Below are positions 29,210-39,898 of a stretch of 64,000 nt of DNA, one piece after another. Source of the DNA: a virus (lineage: Duplodnaviria; Caudoviricetes); the IMG/VR virus record IMGVR_UViG_2568526014_000001, positions 5,958 to 69,957 of that record; one strand, given 5' to 3'. Both the position numbers and the translations under genes were made by a program. The number at the start of each line of letters is the position of its first letter. Position 1 is the stretch's first letter. Below the pieces are notes generated by a model. The model made no database searches. It was not told where the DNA came from and saw only the letters and a program-made list of their open reading frames with translations.

Positions 29210-29998
29210 ATGCTTCAATCCGTCAAGGCCGCGTTTGGCGCGTTCATGGGGCGCTACTACGCGATTCTCGCGCCGACCACGAAGCCACTTGAGCAGTATG
29301 TGACGCGTGGTCTGGCCACGAGCGTTCTGTGGGCGCCGTCCCGCATGATCGACATGGCCGAGGAAATGCTCGCGCTGCTGATGCGCAGCGATCTCACCGG
29401 CACTGCGACCCAACCGCCTGAACTGCCGGTGATCATCGTGGCGATGGCGAAGGACTACGCGCCGACGAACCGCGACTACACGCGCCAGGTGGCCGATCGA
29501 GAACTGGTAACGATCCCTGGTGACGAGAAGGAGCGCGCCTTCGGCCTGCGCGCGGTAGCCGGCGACATCCGGGTCCAGATCGCGATCTTCGCCACGGACG
29601 AGCCTTCGGCGCACTCGCTGGCGGCGCAGTTCTCGCTGTTCCTCGACGCCGCACCCAATCGCCGATTCACGGCGCGCTATCACTTTGCCGGGCATGACGT
29701 CTATTGGCCGGTGCAGGTCGAGCTGCCGGACGTCCCAGCCATGTCGATCCAGACCGAGGCAAAGAACCTGACGATTCTCGCGATCGACCTGAACCTCCAC
29801 GCCGAGATCCCGCTATTCGATGCGCCGGCTGCGGGCGAGCCGAACGACGGCAGGGGCGTGCCAGGAACAGACGATCCAGCCGGATACCCGTTGGTGCAGA
29901 CCATTACCGTAGATAGCGCGGAGGGCGGCGCGCAGGGCGGTGAGGCTGAAATCCGCACCTACACCGAATCCACCGAAGACGAAGGCGGCCCGACGTGA
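29210..29998 (+). CDS. virion structural protein (putative head-tail/tail completion)
   Basis: Position and coupling in late operon. Confidence 0.55.
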   Translation: MLQSVKAAFGAFMGRYYAILAPTTKPLEQYVTRGLATSVLWAPSRMIDMAEEMLALLMRSDLTGTATQPPELPVIIVAMAKDYAPTNRDYTRQVADRELVTIPGDEKERAFGLRAVAGDIRVQIAIFATDEPSAHSLAAQFSLFLDAAPNRRFTARYHFAGHDVYWPVQVELPDVPAMSIQTEAKNLTILAIDLNLHAEIPLFDAPAAGEPNDGRGVPGTDDPAGYPLVQTITVDSAEGGAQGGEAEIRTYTESTEDEGGPT

Positions 29999-30483
29999 TC
30001 CAGATCCAAGCGACGTTCGCTGGCTACGGCGACAAGGCTTGCTCGTTGTTTTCAGCCTATGACGCGGACGCGCGGGTACTGGTCATCGGTGCCGAGGCGG
30101 ACTACCGCACCGAGCGCCGGGATCACTGCATCGTGCTGACCAACATTCCCGACCTGCCGCGCGATTCACTGTTTGTCGAGGAAGATCTGTCGGCTGCCAT
30201 CGGTGCCTTCTATGCGTTGAAGGCGGGCGTTGCCGCCGATGGCAAGAGCTCACGACTGGTGTTCGCGAAGCGTGCCGCGCGCGCGAACCCGGAGCAATCC
30301 ATCGAGCAGGACGGTATCGAGGCGAGCGGGCCGCGGTATCGGATCTCGGCTGCAATCACCTGCGCCCAGGTTGCGGCGCTCGCGACGTGCCAATACGCGC
30401 TGCGCTCGGACATGGTCGAGCGCGTGGTCGAGCTCGCAGACCATTTCCGACGATTGGCGCTGGGCGGCATCGTCACCATCTGA
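29995..30483 (+). CDS. hypothetical late protein
   Basis: GTGA overlap, phage codon usage. Confidence 0.65.
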   Translation: MIQIQATFAGYGDKACSLFSAYDADARVLVIGAEADYRTERRDHCIVLTNIPDLPRDSLFVEEDLSAAIGAFYALKAGVAADGKSSRLVFAKRAARANPEQSIEQDGIEASGPRYRISAAITCAQVAALATCQYALRSDMVERVVELADHFRRLALGGIVTI

Positions 30484-30493
30484 AGGAGGAACG

Positions 30494-30832
30494 ATGCTCG
30501 ACAAGGACACCCGGGCGGCAAAGTCTTTCTATCGCGAGGTGCGCAAGTTTGCCGAGACGGCGAAGGCTTGGGACACCGCGTCCATTTTCTATGAGACGCG
30601 GCCGGACGAAGCCTTCGATCTAACGCTAGTGTCGCAGCGCGTCTATGGGCGGCGCGACGAGTTTCTGGCCGTCATGGCCGCCGCGGGGCTCGACTCGGCG
30701 TTTCAGCCGCTACCGCAGAAACGGATCGTGTTGCCGAACGAAGGGCGGCTTCTCGCCATCAAGCGGCGGACAGGCTTCGAGTCGATCGCTGACTATCGCG
30801 AGGACTATGCGCCCACGTGGGCGCAGGGATAG
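30494..30832 (+). CDS. LysM/tail-X-like baseplate protein
   Basis: YETRPDEAFDLTLVSQRVYG...AAAGLD...IVLP; RBS AAGGAGG. Confidence 0.6.
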   Translation: MLDKDTRAAKSFYREVRKFAETAKAWDTASIFYETRPDEAFDLTLVSQRVYGRRDEFLAVMAAAGLDSAFQPLPQKRIVLPNEGRLLAIKRRTGFESIADYREDYAPTWAQG

Positions 30833-31043
30833 CCATGCCGACATCCAGGAATGGCACGCCATCTCGTTTGGTTTGACGCAGAGTGCGGCCAGGAGAACTT
30901 GATGTGAGGGCCAGCGTATCCAAAGGTAGTTCGGCGGCAGTGGATAGATGGGTCTGGGCCGACAACAGCTACCCCAGACGACGCTGACGCATTGATTTTA
31001 GAGTTTGGAGCTATGAAGACGCAAATCGAGAGTGGGTCTGGCG

Positions 31044-32111
31044 ATGGTCGGTAAGAAGCCTCCGGGCGGCTCAGGCGCGGACGGGTGGTTACCGAAGCTG
31101 CGCGGTTCTGCCGCTGACTCCAAGGCCCGAGCCGCACGAGACGCCGCCGAGCGCCGGGCCGCCGGTCGGCATCCGAAGTCCGTCATCCTCAACGCCAAGG
31201 ACGTCCAGGGCGACTACGACGCGCACCGACTGCTGTTCACCACCATGGGCGGCGAGGTGCGGCCGCTCACGCATGACGACCTTGCGACCTTCCGGCACAA
31301 CGTGCGCACGGCGCAGGCGAAGTACAAGGGCGGTATCCGCGCTCGACAGGTGCTCGACCTATCCTTGCCCGACGACCGATCGCGAGCGAACCAGCAAATT
31401 CGCTTCGCCGTACCCGTGGCGGCCTACGGCGGCCGTGTGCGCTTCATGACGAACGCCGGGCCCGAATCGGACGTGCAGCACCACAACGTGACCGTTGAGT
31501 TCCTGTCCTATGCCTCGGCCGCGTCGGGGGCGCGCGGGGACGCGAAGAAGTCCGCTGCGTGGTTGCGTCGCGAGCCCTTGAAGATCGAGTGCGACTGTGG
31601 CAGGTGGCGGTTCTGGTTCCGTTATATCGCCACGATCGGGAAATTCAACGCTGGCCGCGACGAGACGGGCTACCCGAAGATCCGCAACCCCAACCTGCAC
31701 GGCGTGGCTTGCAAGCACATCCTGCGCGTGATGGCGGAGGTGGAGTCGGCGAACTCGGTTCAGACCTTCCTGGCCCGTCTCATCGACAAGGCGCGCGCCC
31801 AGGACGAAAACCGCGTGCGCGTCCAGACGTCGCAGAGGGAGGCCGAGCAACTGACGAGCAAGCCGGCCAGCCGCATTCGCGACGTGGAAACCACAATGCG
31901 TCAGCGTCAACGCGCGAGAGAGAAGGCGGCGCTCACGCGGGCGGCGAAGGCGAGCGGCGCGAGTCCGCCGAAGCGAGCGAGCCCAGCCACGCGGAAGATC
32001 CAGGCTGCCATGGCGGCGGGCAGGGTGAACCAGCAGGATCTCGACGTATTCCGCCGTTTCGGCATGACTGACGCCGAAATCGCTCGCCGGATCGACAAAA
32101 AGGTGGAGTAA
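31044..32111 (+). CDS. P1 gp25-like protein with SWIM-type Zn finger
   Basis: ECDCGRWRFWFRY...YPKIRNPNLHGVACKH. Confidence 0.7.
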   Translation: MVGKKPPGGSGADGWLPKLRGSAADSKARAARDAAERRAAGRHPKSVILNAKDVQGDYDAHRLLFTTMGGEVRPLTHDDLATFRHNVRTAQAKYKGGIRARQVLDLSLPDDRSRANQQIRFAVPVAAYGGRVRFMTNAGPESDVQHHNVTVEFLSYASAASGARGDAKKSAAWLRREPLKIECDCGRWRFWFRYIATIGKFNAGRDETGYPKIRNPNLHGVACKHILRVMAEVESANSVQTFLARLIDKARAQDENRVRVQTSQREAEQLTSKPASRIRDVETTMRQRQRAREKAALTRAAKASGASPPKRASPATRKIQAAMAAGRVNQQDLDVFRRFGMTDAEIARRIDKKVE

Positions 32112-32114
32112 CCG

Positions 32115-32618
32115 ATGCTGACCAATGTGCCCGATGCAGTGAACCGGATGACGCGCAACGTCATCATGAACCACCCCAACACCTTCAACTGTCAGCTCTT
32201 CCGCAAGGTCATCACGCGCAAGGCGGATGAGACGGTGGGCGGCAATCCGACACTGGGCGGCTTGGGCGTGCTCGACACGATGGACGAGGAGGAGTTCGAG
32301 TACGAATTCGTTGGCAACGGTTACGCGCTGCTGGCCGAGCCGTTCACGCCGGCGCCCGTCGTGAGTCGACACGATGCCTCCCTGTCGACCGAAGACGAGT
32401 TCCGCTTCCTGATCCAGCCCGAGGGCGAGTCGGGCAGCGATGAATGGTTCGACGTTCGCAAGCACGACGTGATGTACCTGCTGCTCGGGATCGGGCCACA
32501 GCCGGCGCGGCTCGCGTTCGAGATCATCGGCACGGAAACCACCTCCAACATCCCGCCGTACACGACCCGCTACGTCGCGAACCGCCGCGACGATCTGCAC
32601 CTGCGCGAAGGCGAGTAG
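32115..32618 (+). CDS. hypothetical virion protein
   Basis: Late operon, RBS GGAG. Confidence 0.65.
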   Translation: MLTNVPDAVNRMTRNVIMNHPNTFNCQLFRKVITRKADETVGGNPTLGGLGVLDTMDEEEFEYEFVGNGYALLAEPFTPAPVVSRHDASLSTEDEFRFLIQPEGESGSDEWFDVRKHDVMYLLLGIGPQPARLAFEIIGTETTSNIPPYTTRYVANRRDDLHLREGE

Positions 32619-32626
32619 CGAAAGAC

Positions 32627-32667
32627 GGAAAAACGCCCTCGGGACGCTGTCGTGCCCCTTCGAGAAT
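32627..32667 (+). promoter_or_regulatory. late promoter GGAAAA-N29-GAGAAT
   Basis: Upstream of major capsid gene. Confidence 0.65.
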
Positions 32668-32726
32668 ACCTGTGAGTCGGCTGTTGCCGGCGCCCAGTGT
32701 TTGAACAGCCGAAAGGACACGAAACC

Positions 32727-34403
32727 ATGACGATGCGCATCAAGCAGGATTACTTCAAGCGCGAGACGGCCGAAGTAGCCAAATTCATCGACAACCTGAA
32801 GGAGGGCGCCACCAAGGGCGGCGTCTTCGATTCCGCTGCCGCCAACGACTTCATGTCGGGTGCGCTGAACCAGAATGCCACCGCGGTTCCGGGCAAGCTT
32901 CAAGCCGTTCTCGACGATTGTGCCGACGACGGTCAGCGCGAGCTCGTCACCAAGGCGATTCTCGATGGGGTACGGGTCTACGAAGAGCAGCACGGCACGT
33001 CCGTGCCCGCCGACGTGTCCGAACAGGCGCTGCACCTAGCTTATGCCACGACTGAGGCGGCCCGACGCAAGTATGGCTCGATTCTCGATTCCGCATCGTC
33101 GGTCCACCACGATCCGCTTTCACTGCAACCGAATCGAGCCGTCGTTTCGATTCTGACGGCCTTCGCCGAAGCGGTGCCCTGGGCGCACTATTTGCCCGCC
33201 GACATCGGGTCGAACGAAGCCAAACTGGCCATCGTGAGCCACAACGCGGGAAGCAGCTTTGGCGCTTACGCGCAGAACGACTTGCTTGATGGCACCCATT
33301 CAGGCGACTCCTATGTGTCGTCGGCGCGCATCCACACCACCACGCCCGGCGCAGACGGCACCGTCTCCGGAAAACTGAGCGTAGGCCAAACTACCAGCGA
33401 CACATGCGACCAGAAAGCAGATGGTGTCCCGCTGCTGCGTGGCCGCACGCTGGTGTACGTCAACGGCATCCTCGCGGCAAAGGAGCCCATCGATAGCGCG
33501 GGCTCGGGTAATTCGCCAGTCAATGGCTCGATCACCCTGGCGGGTACCACTTTCGTGATCGGCGGCACCGTCAATACCGACACCGGTGTGTACGCCTTGA
33601 CGACCACGCCCAAGATGCCCGATAGCATCCCCGTATCGGTCGAAGGCTTCATCGATTTCGAGCGCAGCCCGAATCTGACGCCGACCATCATCACGTCGGT
33701 CAACATGTTCAGCCTGTATGCGAACCCGTGGCGTGTGCTGACCCGTCAATCGATCGACGGCCGCACCCAGATGGCAAACGAACTGAATCTCGACCCGTAC
33801 AGCGAATCGGTCATCGCGATCCAGAACCAGTTTGCCAACGAGCGGCACTACAACGTGCTGGCTAAGGCCCGCCGTCTGGCAGGCAACAACCAGTCGGACT
33901 ACAACTTCGACTGGAAGAACCGTTCGGCACAGCTCAAGCGCAACGACATCTGGCATGACTTCGGGCCTGCCCTGGCGAAGGCATCGCAGCAAATGGCCGT
34001 CGACACGATGAACCACGGCATCACTCACCTTTACGTCGGCAAGGACATCGCATCGCAGTGGCTGACGCTGGCCAACGACATTTTCGAGCCGTCGGGCATC
34101 GCCGTGCGGCCCGGCATCTTTCGCGTGGGGCGGCTGTTCGGCCAGTACGAGGTGTATTACAGCCCGAAACAGGTGAAGGAAAGCCCCCAGGGCGGCGAAA
34201 TCCTGTGCGTGGGACGCGCGACCGACGTGGCACGCAATCCGGTCGTGCTCGGTGATGCGGTGCCGCCGACCGTCAAGCCGCTGCTGGCCGGCGACGACCT
34301 CCGTGAGGGAGCTGGTTTCTACGCCCGCAACTTCACCTCCACCAACCCGCACGAGCCGTCTGCGCGTGGGTGCGCCATCATCAACGTCACCGATATGCGG
34401 TAA
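32727..34403 (+). CDS. major capsid protein (P1 gp23-like)
   Basis: About 558 aa, strong codon bias, own late promoter, precedes sheath as in P1; N-terminal helical prodomain ending near SILDSA. Confidence 0.75.
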   Translation: MTMRIKQDYFKRETAEVAKFIDNLKEGATKGGVFDSAAANDFMSGALNQNATAVPGKLQAVLDDCADDGQRELVTKAILDGVRVYEEQHGTSVPADVSEQALHLAYATTEAARRKYGSILDSASSVHHDPLSLQPNRAVVSILTAFAEAVPWAHYLPADIGSNEAKLAIVSHNAGSSFGAYAQNDLLDGTHSGDSYVSSARIHTTTPGADGTVSGKLSVGQTTSDTCDQKADGVPLLRGRTLVYVNGILAAKEPIDSAGSGNSPVNGSITLAGTTFVIGGTVNTDTGVYALTTTPKMPDSIPVSVEGFIDFERSPNLTPTIITSVNMFSLYANPWRVLTRQSIDGRTQMANELNLDPYSESVIAIQNQFANERHYNVLAKARRLAGNNQSDYNFDWKNRSAQLKRNDIWHDFGPALAKASQQMAVDTMNHGITHLYVGKDIASQWLTLANDIFEPSGIAVRPGIFRVGRLFGQYEVYYSPKQVKESPQGGEILCVGRATDVARNPVVLGDAVPPTVKPLLAGDDLREGAGFYARNFTSTNPHEPSARGCAIINVTDMR

Positions 34404-34430
34404 TCCCAAGCCAGGAAAGGAGCCTTCATC

Positions 34431-34865
34431 ATGACGCGCAGTATCGAAATCGGCGCTCCGTCCCTGACCGGGAAGGACGCCAACGACGCGGTGACCGAAG
34501 TGTTCGGTGATGCCGCATTTCCACTGAAAGTGCTCGCGCAGAATCTCATGCCGCGCGACGTCGTGTTTCCCGAGGTGCCGGGTCTATTCCTGAAGCACGT
34601 GGCGAACACGGCGGAGAGCCGGGCCGTGGTGGAGGTCGTCAACCTCGATCTGTTCCACCGTGTCACTTCGAGCATCGAGCAAATCGCCGAGCTCAACGGT
34701 TACCCGCATGCGCTGACCTTCACGGAGGTCGAAGGCGCAGCCTCGACTGATGCGAATACCGCGGCCAAGGGCAAGAAGGGCAAGGCGCCGACGGCGGATG
34801 CCGGCACGGACGACGCGCGGCCGGCGGCCGGTGAGAGCAAGTCCGGCGCCACTGCCAAGGAGTGA
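34431..34865 (+). CDS. hypothetical virion protein
   Basis: RBS AAGGAG, between capsid and sheath. Confidence 0.7.
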   Translation: MTRSIEIGAPSLTGKDANDAVTEVFGDAAFPLKVLAQNLMPRDVVFPEVPGLFLKHVANTAESRAVVEVVNLDLFHRVTSSIEQIAELNGYPHALTFTEVEGAASTDANTAAKGKKGKAPTADAGTDDARPAAGESKSGATAKE

Positions 34866-34869
34866 CGAC

Positions 34870-36537
34870 ATGACCACCGCTTTCACGCGACAGCTCGGTG
34901 CGGAGTCTGGCGTGCAGCTCAACCCGCTGCGCGACGACTCCGAGATCCCGAGCACGGACAACTCGGACCAGATCTTCGGCATCGTGATGCGCGCCACGCG
35001 CGGGCGCATCGACAAGCCGTTCGTCGTGGACAAGGGCAACGTCTTCAAGCGACTGGGCAGCGGGGAGCAGGTGCGGCTGAACGCGCTGAACGAGGCCTGG
35101 GTGTGTGTCGTGGAGGCCCTGAACAAGGGCGCCTATCAGGCCGTCGTGCAACGCCTGGTGCCATCCACGGCGCGCATCAGCTACGCGATCGTGACGGTCG
35201 AGCGCACACCTGACGCCAAGTCGATGCCCACGGGAAAGTTCACCTACTCGGTCGACGAGGTCCTGCCGTCCGCGCGGTTCCTGTTCGCCGTCCGGCATCT
35301 CGAATGCTTCAACGACGGCATCGTGCTCGAGTTCCATGCCGAGGAGAAAACGATCGGCAGCAGTTTCCAGGCACCCAACGATCGCATCACGCTTCGTCTG
35401 CGCGATACGGCAGGCGGCCTACTGTACGAGTTCTCGGGATCGTTGGATCAGGATGCCAAGGACGACTATGGCAATTCTGCATATTTGCGGGACGTCGTGG
35501 CGTCGCAAACTGATGCCGTGGAGGTGGCAGTCGGTGCTCAAGGTATCGATGCCCGGATCGCCGTGGATTCCGAGGCCTACGGCTACGGCCCGACCGGACA
35601 GCAGCAATGGGCCAGATCGGGCGTGCTGCGGTGCTTCAACGAAGGCGGCACGTCGTACACCACGCAGGATTACATGGCGGCGCGCGAGAAGCTGCAGTAC
35701 ACGCAGTTCGACTACGCCTATCTGTCGTCTGGCGCAACTGAAGCCCCGGCGCTGCTCGCGCAGCTGGCGCAGTTGTCGTTCGATACGAACCGGCAACTGA
35801 AATTCGACGTGCCCGGCGATCTGTCGGTGGATGCCGCCCGGGCATTCGTTGATCAACTGAACATGGGCGCAAGCGAAACCGCGCACTTGCTGCACGCATT
35901 CTGGACGCCGCTGAAATCGGACGATCCGACGGGCGTGAACCCGAAAGGCTTTTTCGGCACCGCCACGCTGAATATCGCCTACGCCTGTCTGCGCAACGCC
36001 GCAAAGAACGCCAAGGGATTCGCGCGCAAGAACTACCCGATTGCCGGCCGGGAGTGGCCGATCCAGCGCACGGGCGTGGCGCAGATGGTGAAGCTGCGCG
36101 ACCAGGACAAGAACGCGCTCGCGCGGGCGAAGATCAACCCGGTCGTGTACGAAACCTACACCGGCGGCGGCCGTTACGTATTCCTCGACTCGCTGACCTG
36201 TGCCCAGGTCGACTCGAGCCTGAAGAAGCTGATTTCGGTGGCCGACATGTCGACCAGCATCGACGACGCGGTGACGCGCACCGCGAAGGACTACCTGCAG
36301 CTGCCGATCGCCGTCTCGGTGAAGAAGACGCAGGACTTTCTCACCACGCTGTTCGAGGCGGCCGACGCATCGAAGTGGTTGGTGCCGTCGAGCGAGCCAT
36401 CGATGAACGGCCGGTCCTGGGTCTTCGATGTTCGTCCGAACGCGCAACGTCCCTATGACGCGATGGACGTGTCGTACTGGCTCCGCTACGACGGGACGAA
36501 CCGCGCCACGTTCGTGACCCAGACGCTGACGCGCTAA
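34870..36537 (+). CDS. contractile tail sheath (P1 gp22-like)
   Basis: About 555 aa; RGRIDKPFVV; C-terminal LARAKINPV...FLDSLT sheath-like pattern. Confidence 0.75.
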   Translation: MTTAFTRQLGAESGVQLNPLRDDSEIPSTDNSDQIFGIVMRATRGRIDKPFVVDKGNVFKRLGSGEQVRLNALNEAWVCVVEALNKGAYQAVVQRLVPSTARISYAIVTVERTPDAKSMPTGKFTYSVDEVLPSARFLFAVRHLECFNDGIVLEFHAEEKTIGSSFQAPNDRITLRLRDTAGGLLYEFSGSLDQDAKDDYGNSAYLRDVVASQTDAVEVAVGAQGIDARIAVDSEAYGYGPTGQQQWARSGVLRCFNEGGTSYTTQDYMAAREKLQYTQFDYAYLSSGATEAPALLAQLAQLSFDTNRQLKFDVPGDLSVDAARAFVDQLNMGASETAHLLHAFWTPLKSDDPTGVNPKGFFGTATLNIAYACLRNAAKNAKGFARKNYPIAGREWPIQRTGVAQMVKLRDQDKNALARAKINPVVYETYTGGGRYVFLDSLTCAQVDSSLKKLISVADMSTSIDDAVTRTAKDYLQLPIAVSVKKTQDFLTTLFEAADASKWLVPSSEPSMNGRSWVFDVRPNAQRPYDAMDVSYWLRYDGTNRATFVTQTLTR

Positions 36538-36565
36538 CCGCTACTCTTCAGACAAGGAATTCAAG

Positions 36566-37252
36566 ATGAGCATGACCGAACTGTTGCGCAGCGCGATGGC
36601 GCGCCGCGCGTCTGCGCCCAAGCCGGTGCTGGATAGCACTACCGATGCCGACGATTCTCCGCCGGCTGGTGCGGGCGACTATACCGTGGCCGATATCAGC
36701 ATGTCGGCGGTGGCGGTGGTCCAGCAATGGGCTGAAACCGAGGACCTCGGCGACGGCGAGACCAACGCGGACCGCCTGATGGCACTGTTCATCGGGATCG
36801 CCGACGCGAACAAGGACGGCGAGATCACCGACGACGAGCAGGGCGTGCTGGAGGTCGCGCTCAACGCCGCGTGGGACTATCTCGTTGGGCTCGGCGTGAC
36901 GGAGGCGGATGCCGGCGCGCTCCTGAACGACTGGGACAGCGATACGGCCGATCGCGTCCGTGATCTGGTGGCGTCCGCGCTGCCGGAAGGCGACGACGCG
37001 GCGAGCGCCGGCATCGACGATTTCGTGTTCGCGGATGACGATCAGGCGCCGGCTCTGGATGCCGTGTATCGCAAGACGCTGGTGGTGCGCGGTGGCAAGA
37101 AAACGCGCATCAACAAGCGGATCTCCGGCAAGGTGCGTTTGTCCGCGGCCCAGAAGGTGGCGATTCGCAAGGCGCGGATGAAGAGCCATTCGGCGTCGGC
37201 GATGATGCGCCGCATGAAGTCGATGCGCTTGCGCCGCAAGTCGGGCCTGTGA
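36566..37252 (+). CDS. prohead core-like protein (acidic body, very basic tail)
   Basis: Tail RLSAAQKVAIRKARMKSH...RLRRKSGL recalls T4 gp68-type core proteins. Confidence 0.55.
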   Translation: MSMTELLRSAMARRASAPKPVLDSTTDADDSPPAGAGDYTVADISMSAVAVVQQWAETEDLGDGETNADRLMALFIGIADANKDGEITDDEQGVLEVALNAAWDYLVGLGVTEADAGALLNDWDSDTADRVRDLVASALPEGDDAASAGIDDFVFADDDQAPALDAVYRKTLVVRGGKKTRINKRISGKVRLSAAQKVAIRKARMKSHSASAMMRRMKSMRLRRKSGL

Positions 37253-37285
37253 CAATTCGCTGTCGTTGCGGCTCATCTCTCGACC

Positions 37286-38107
37286 ATGCCAACCATTCCC
37301 GCCATTGGCGTCTCGCCCAGTCTGGACGGTAGCGCGCTCACCTCGATCTGGGACGGCCTCTCGCCGCACCTGATCGCGAGCTTCTACGAGGTGGCGAAGA
37401 CGGGGGAGGACAGTTGGGGCCGCATTCCCGAGAAGACCGACCCGGTGACGGTGCTGGCCCCGCTCGGCGACGCGAGCCTCGAGATGGTGTTGAATTGGCA
37501 AAGTCCGTTCGAGCAGGCTGGCCCGGAATCCCGGGCGCCGACACTGATGGCGATGCTGCAATCCGGCGCACTGCAACCGATCATCGAGGCGGTGATCGGG
37601 AAGAAGCACGATGCGTCCAACTCAGGCGCGCAGCAGCAGTCCAGCGATTTCCTTCGGCAGTTCGAAGGGCGCACCGGCATCACGAAGTTGAACTCCACGC
37701 AGGTATTCAACGGCATGCCGCCGGTCAAGATCACGGTGACGGCGCTTTTCCGCGCGTGGCGGGACGCGGCCAGCGAGGTAGAGGCGCCGTTCAACAAGCT
37801 GATGGAATGGGCGCTCCCCATCGAGCTATCGAAGGACGGATCGGTGCTGGCGCGTGCAGCTGAAACGCTCAAGGGAGGAATGGGCGCCGTCGAGGCGCTG
37901 ATGCCGTCGAGGTCGCCGACGCGCATCGCCATGCGCTACAAGGGGCGCACGTTCTCCCCGCTGGTGATCGAGTCCATCGGCATGCCGCTGAATTCCCCGG
38001 TGGACGTCAATGGCCGGTACGTCGAACTGGCCGTCCCGCTGACCCTCTGCACGCTGACCGCGATAGACCGCAAGGATTGGAGCAACGCGTCCGTGACGTC
38101 TCTCTAG
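37286..38107 (+). CDS. tail/baseplate structural protein
   Basis: Tube-initiator-like beta pattern; late operon. Confidence 0.55.
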   Translation: MPTIPAIGVSPSLDGSALTSIWDGLSPHLIASFYEVAKTGEDSWGRIPEKTDPVTVLAPLGDASLEMVLNWQSPFEQAGPESRAPTLMAMLQSGALQPIIEAVIGKKHDASNSGAQQQSSDFLRQFEGRTGITKLNSTQVFNGMPPVKITVTALFRAWRDAASEVEAPFNKLMEWALPIELSKDGSVLARAAETLKGGMGAVEALMPSRSPTRIAMRYKGRTFSPLVIESIGMPLNSPVDVNGRYVELAVPLTLCTLTAIDRKDWSNASVTSL

Positions 38108-38117
38108 AAGGAACAAC

Positions 38118-38867
38118 GTGATCCATTTTCCGCCGCTGCGCACGCGGCGCCTGACGCTGCAGCTGCGCGAACTGTCGTTCAGTGACTCGATCGCCGTGGC
38201 GTCGATGCCGCCGCATCTGGCGGAGGCGGAATGCACGGCGTTCCTGCGCGCCGCTGTCCAGTCGGCCAAGGGCCTCGACGATCCGGCCCGGTGGACGGTC
38301 CAGGAGCGCATGCTGGTGGTGTGCCATTACCTTGCCGCGACGGCGGAAGATGGTCCGGATTTCGCCGTCGGCGAGGGGCATTACTCGGACTACCTGGACG
38401 GCGGCACGGATATTCAGACGGCGGCGCCGATGCTCGAACTGGGCGAAGTTGGCGGCGATGTCTGGCACATCCGCCACCTGACTGGGGCGATGGCCGAGTC
38501 CATCGAGCGCATGGTCGGCGAGGTCGCAGGCATTGGCGCGCGACTTCACTGGCTGCTCGGCGCGATGGCCGCGCAGATGGTCCGTGCCGGCGAGAGCGTG
38601 CCCGACGCCTCGGACGGGGAAGGCGCGTTCGACGAGTTTCTGGTCGGGCGGATGCGGATCCTGAGCGGCTTTCCCGAGACGGATTTCGCGGCGCTCATGG
38701 GCCTGTTCTTCGAGGGGCGCGAGAAGCTGCACCACCTATTCAGGATCGAGTTGACGGGCGACGGCATCGTAGCGATGCCGAAAGGAGGGGCGGCAGCCGA
38801 TCTGCCGCCCGCCCGATTTCCGGCACGTACCTGTCTCTCCGGAATCGCGCGCGAACTGGTCGGATAA
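38118..38867 (+). CDS. hypothetical tail assembly protein
   Basis: RBS AAGGA, GTG start. Confidence 0.6.
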   Translation: MIHFPPLRTRRLTLQLRELSFSDSIAVASMPPHLAEAECTAFLRAAVQSAKGLDDPARWTVQERMLVVCHYLAATAEDGPDFAVGEGHYSDYLDGGTDIQTAAPMLELGEVGGDVWHIRHLTGAMAESIERMVGEVAGIGARLHWLLGAMAAQMVRAGESVPDASDGEGAFDEFLVGRMRILSGFPETDFAALMGLFFEGREKLHHLFRIELTGDGIVAMPKGGAAADLPPARFPARTCLSGIARELVG

Positions 38868-38871
38868 TCTG

Positions 38872-39096
38872 ATGGCGTTGGCGTCCAGCCTCACGCTGTA
38901 TTCCGCCACGTCCTTGAACGATGCGATGGCCATGCCACCGAGCGTCGTGCGAGCGTTCTTCGGTGGAAAGCCGTTCGAGGCGTGGAAGCAGACGAGGGAA
39001 ACCGAGCAAAAGACGCAGGCGGCGATCGTGAGCCGGCTCAACGATGTGATACGCGGTACCGGGGTAGTGGCGAAGCTTGTCGCCAAGGCGCGATAG
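38872..39096 (+). CDS. small tail-assembly chaperone-like protein
   Basis: Follows previous ORF; AMAMPPSVVRAFF. Confidence 0.5.
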   Translation: MALASSLTLYSATSLNDAMAMPPSVVRAFFGGKPFEAWKQTRETEQKTQAAIVSRLNDVIRGTGVVAKLVAKAR

Positions 39097-39517
39097 AAAT
39101 GAGGACCACAATTTCCGTGGTCGATGCTATCTGAGACGCGAGGTAGCTCAAGTGTATTGCGCGCGGCGATCTTTTACGTGGTAAGCGGCTTGAATGACAC
39201 CGACGGGCCGTAGAGCCCTAAAGCGCTAGTATGCCGAGCTCGTATGGCTAGGTAGGCTTCGTATTGCCTCATGTGTACTTGATATTCATGCTGCTGTGCT
39301 TCTTCTAACCGCTGTCATTAGCTGCACATGGTTCGTCGATAGCTTGTGTCGTTGCCTTTTGAACGCTAACGAAAAATTAGTTTGACTGTGTGGTAATTTA
39401 ATTTAATATATTTCAAGAAATTTTATCCGCCCATGTGTGAGTTCATCAGACAAAAGCAACAAAATGTGAGCTTGCGCAAAAATGGTGCTGATTTCACATC
39501 AATGATGCGGGGGAAAT

Positions 39518-39898
39518 ATGTCTGGAAGTGGCGGCGGTGGTGGCGGAGATTGGCGGCCGGAACCCAAAGCACCTGTGCCGGTGCCGAATGCGGGTGGAAA
39601 CGGAGGCGGTGGTGTCGGCGGAAGTGACCCGTGTGTGATCGACGAAGTGACCTCCCTTAATTCTGTTTCGCCAGCTGCACTACGTAATGTGGGAGCGGGT
39701 ACTCTACTCAATGTGGTGTTCGTGGCTGGACCACCGCAACGACTCGTCGCTCAGGACGCTTCTGGGCAGATTGTGGGGTCTATTACGTCGCGCTCAATGC
39801 TTCAGATTATCGAATGTATCCAGAACGGCCGTAGGTACGTCGTGGAGGTACTGGGAATCCAAGGGGGCTCTTGCCAAGTCCGGGTGCGACTGGCATGA
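39518..39898 (+). CDS. Gly-rich N-terminus, HIRAN-like small protein (island gene 1)
   Basis: MSGSGGGGGG...GGNGGGGVGG, then GTLLNV...SGQIVGSI...IQNGRRYVVEV; ATGA overlap with next gene. Confidence 0.7.
   Translation: MSGSGGGGGGDWRPEPKAPVPVPNAGGNGGGGVGGSDPCVIDEVTSLNSVSPAALRNVGAGTLLNVVFVAGPPQRLVAQDASGQIVGSITSRSMLQIIECIQNGRRYVVEVLGIQGGSCQVRVRLA

Noticed and set aside
30851-31054. Small ORF with an internal TGA between structural genes
   Set aside because: No recognisable motif; cannot distinguish a pseudogene from chance
31359-36447. Long minus-strand ORFs (558, 369, 342 aa) and similar shadows elsewhere
   Set aside because: Antisense shadows of GC-rich structural genes with no motifs
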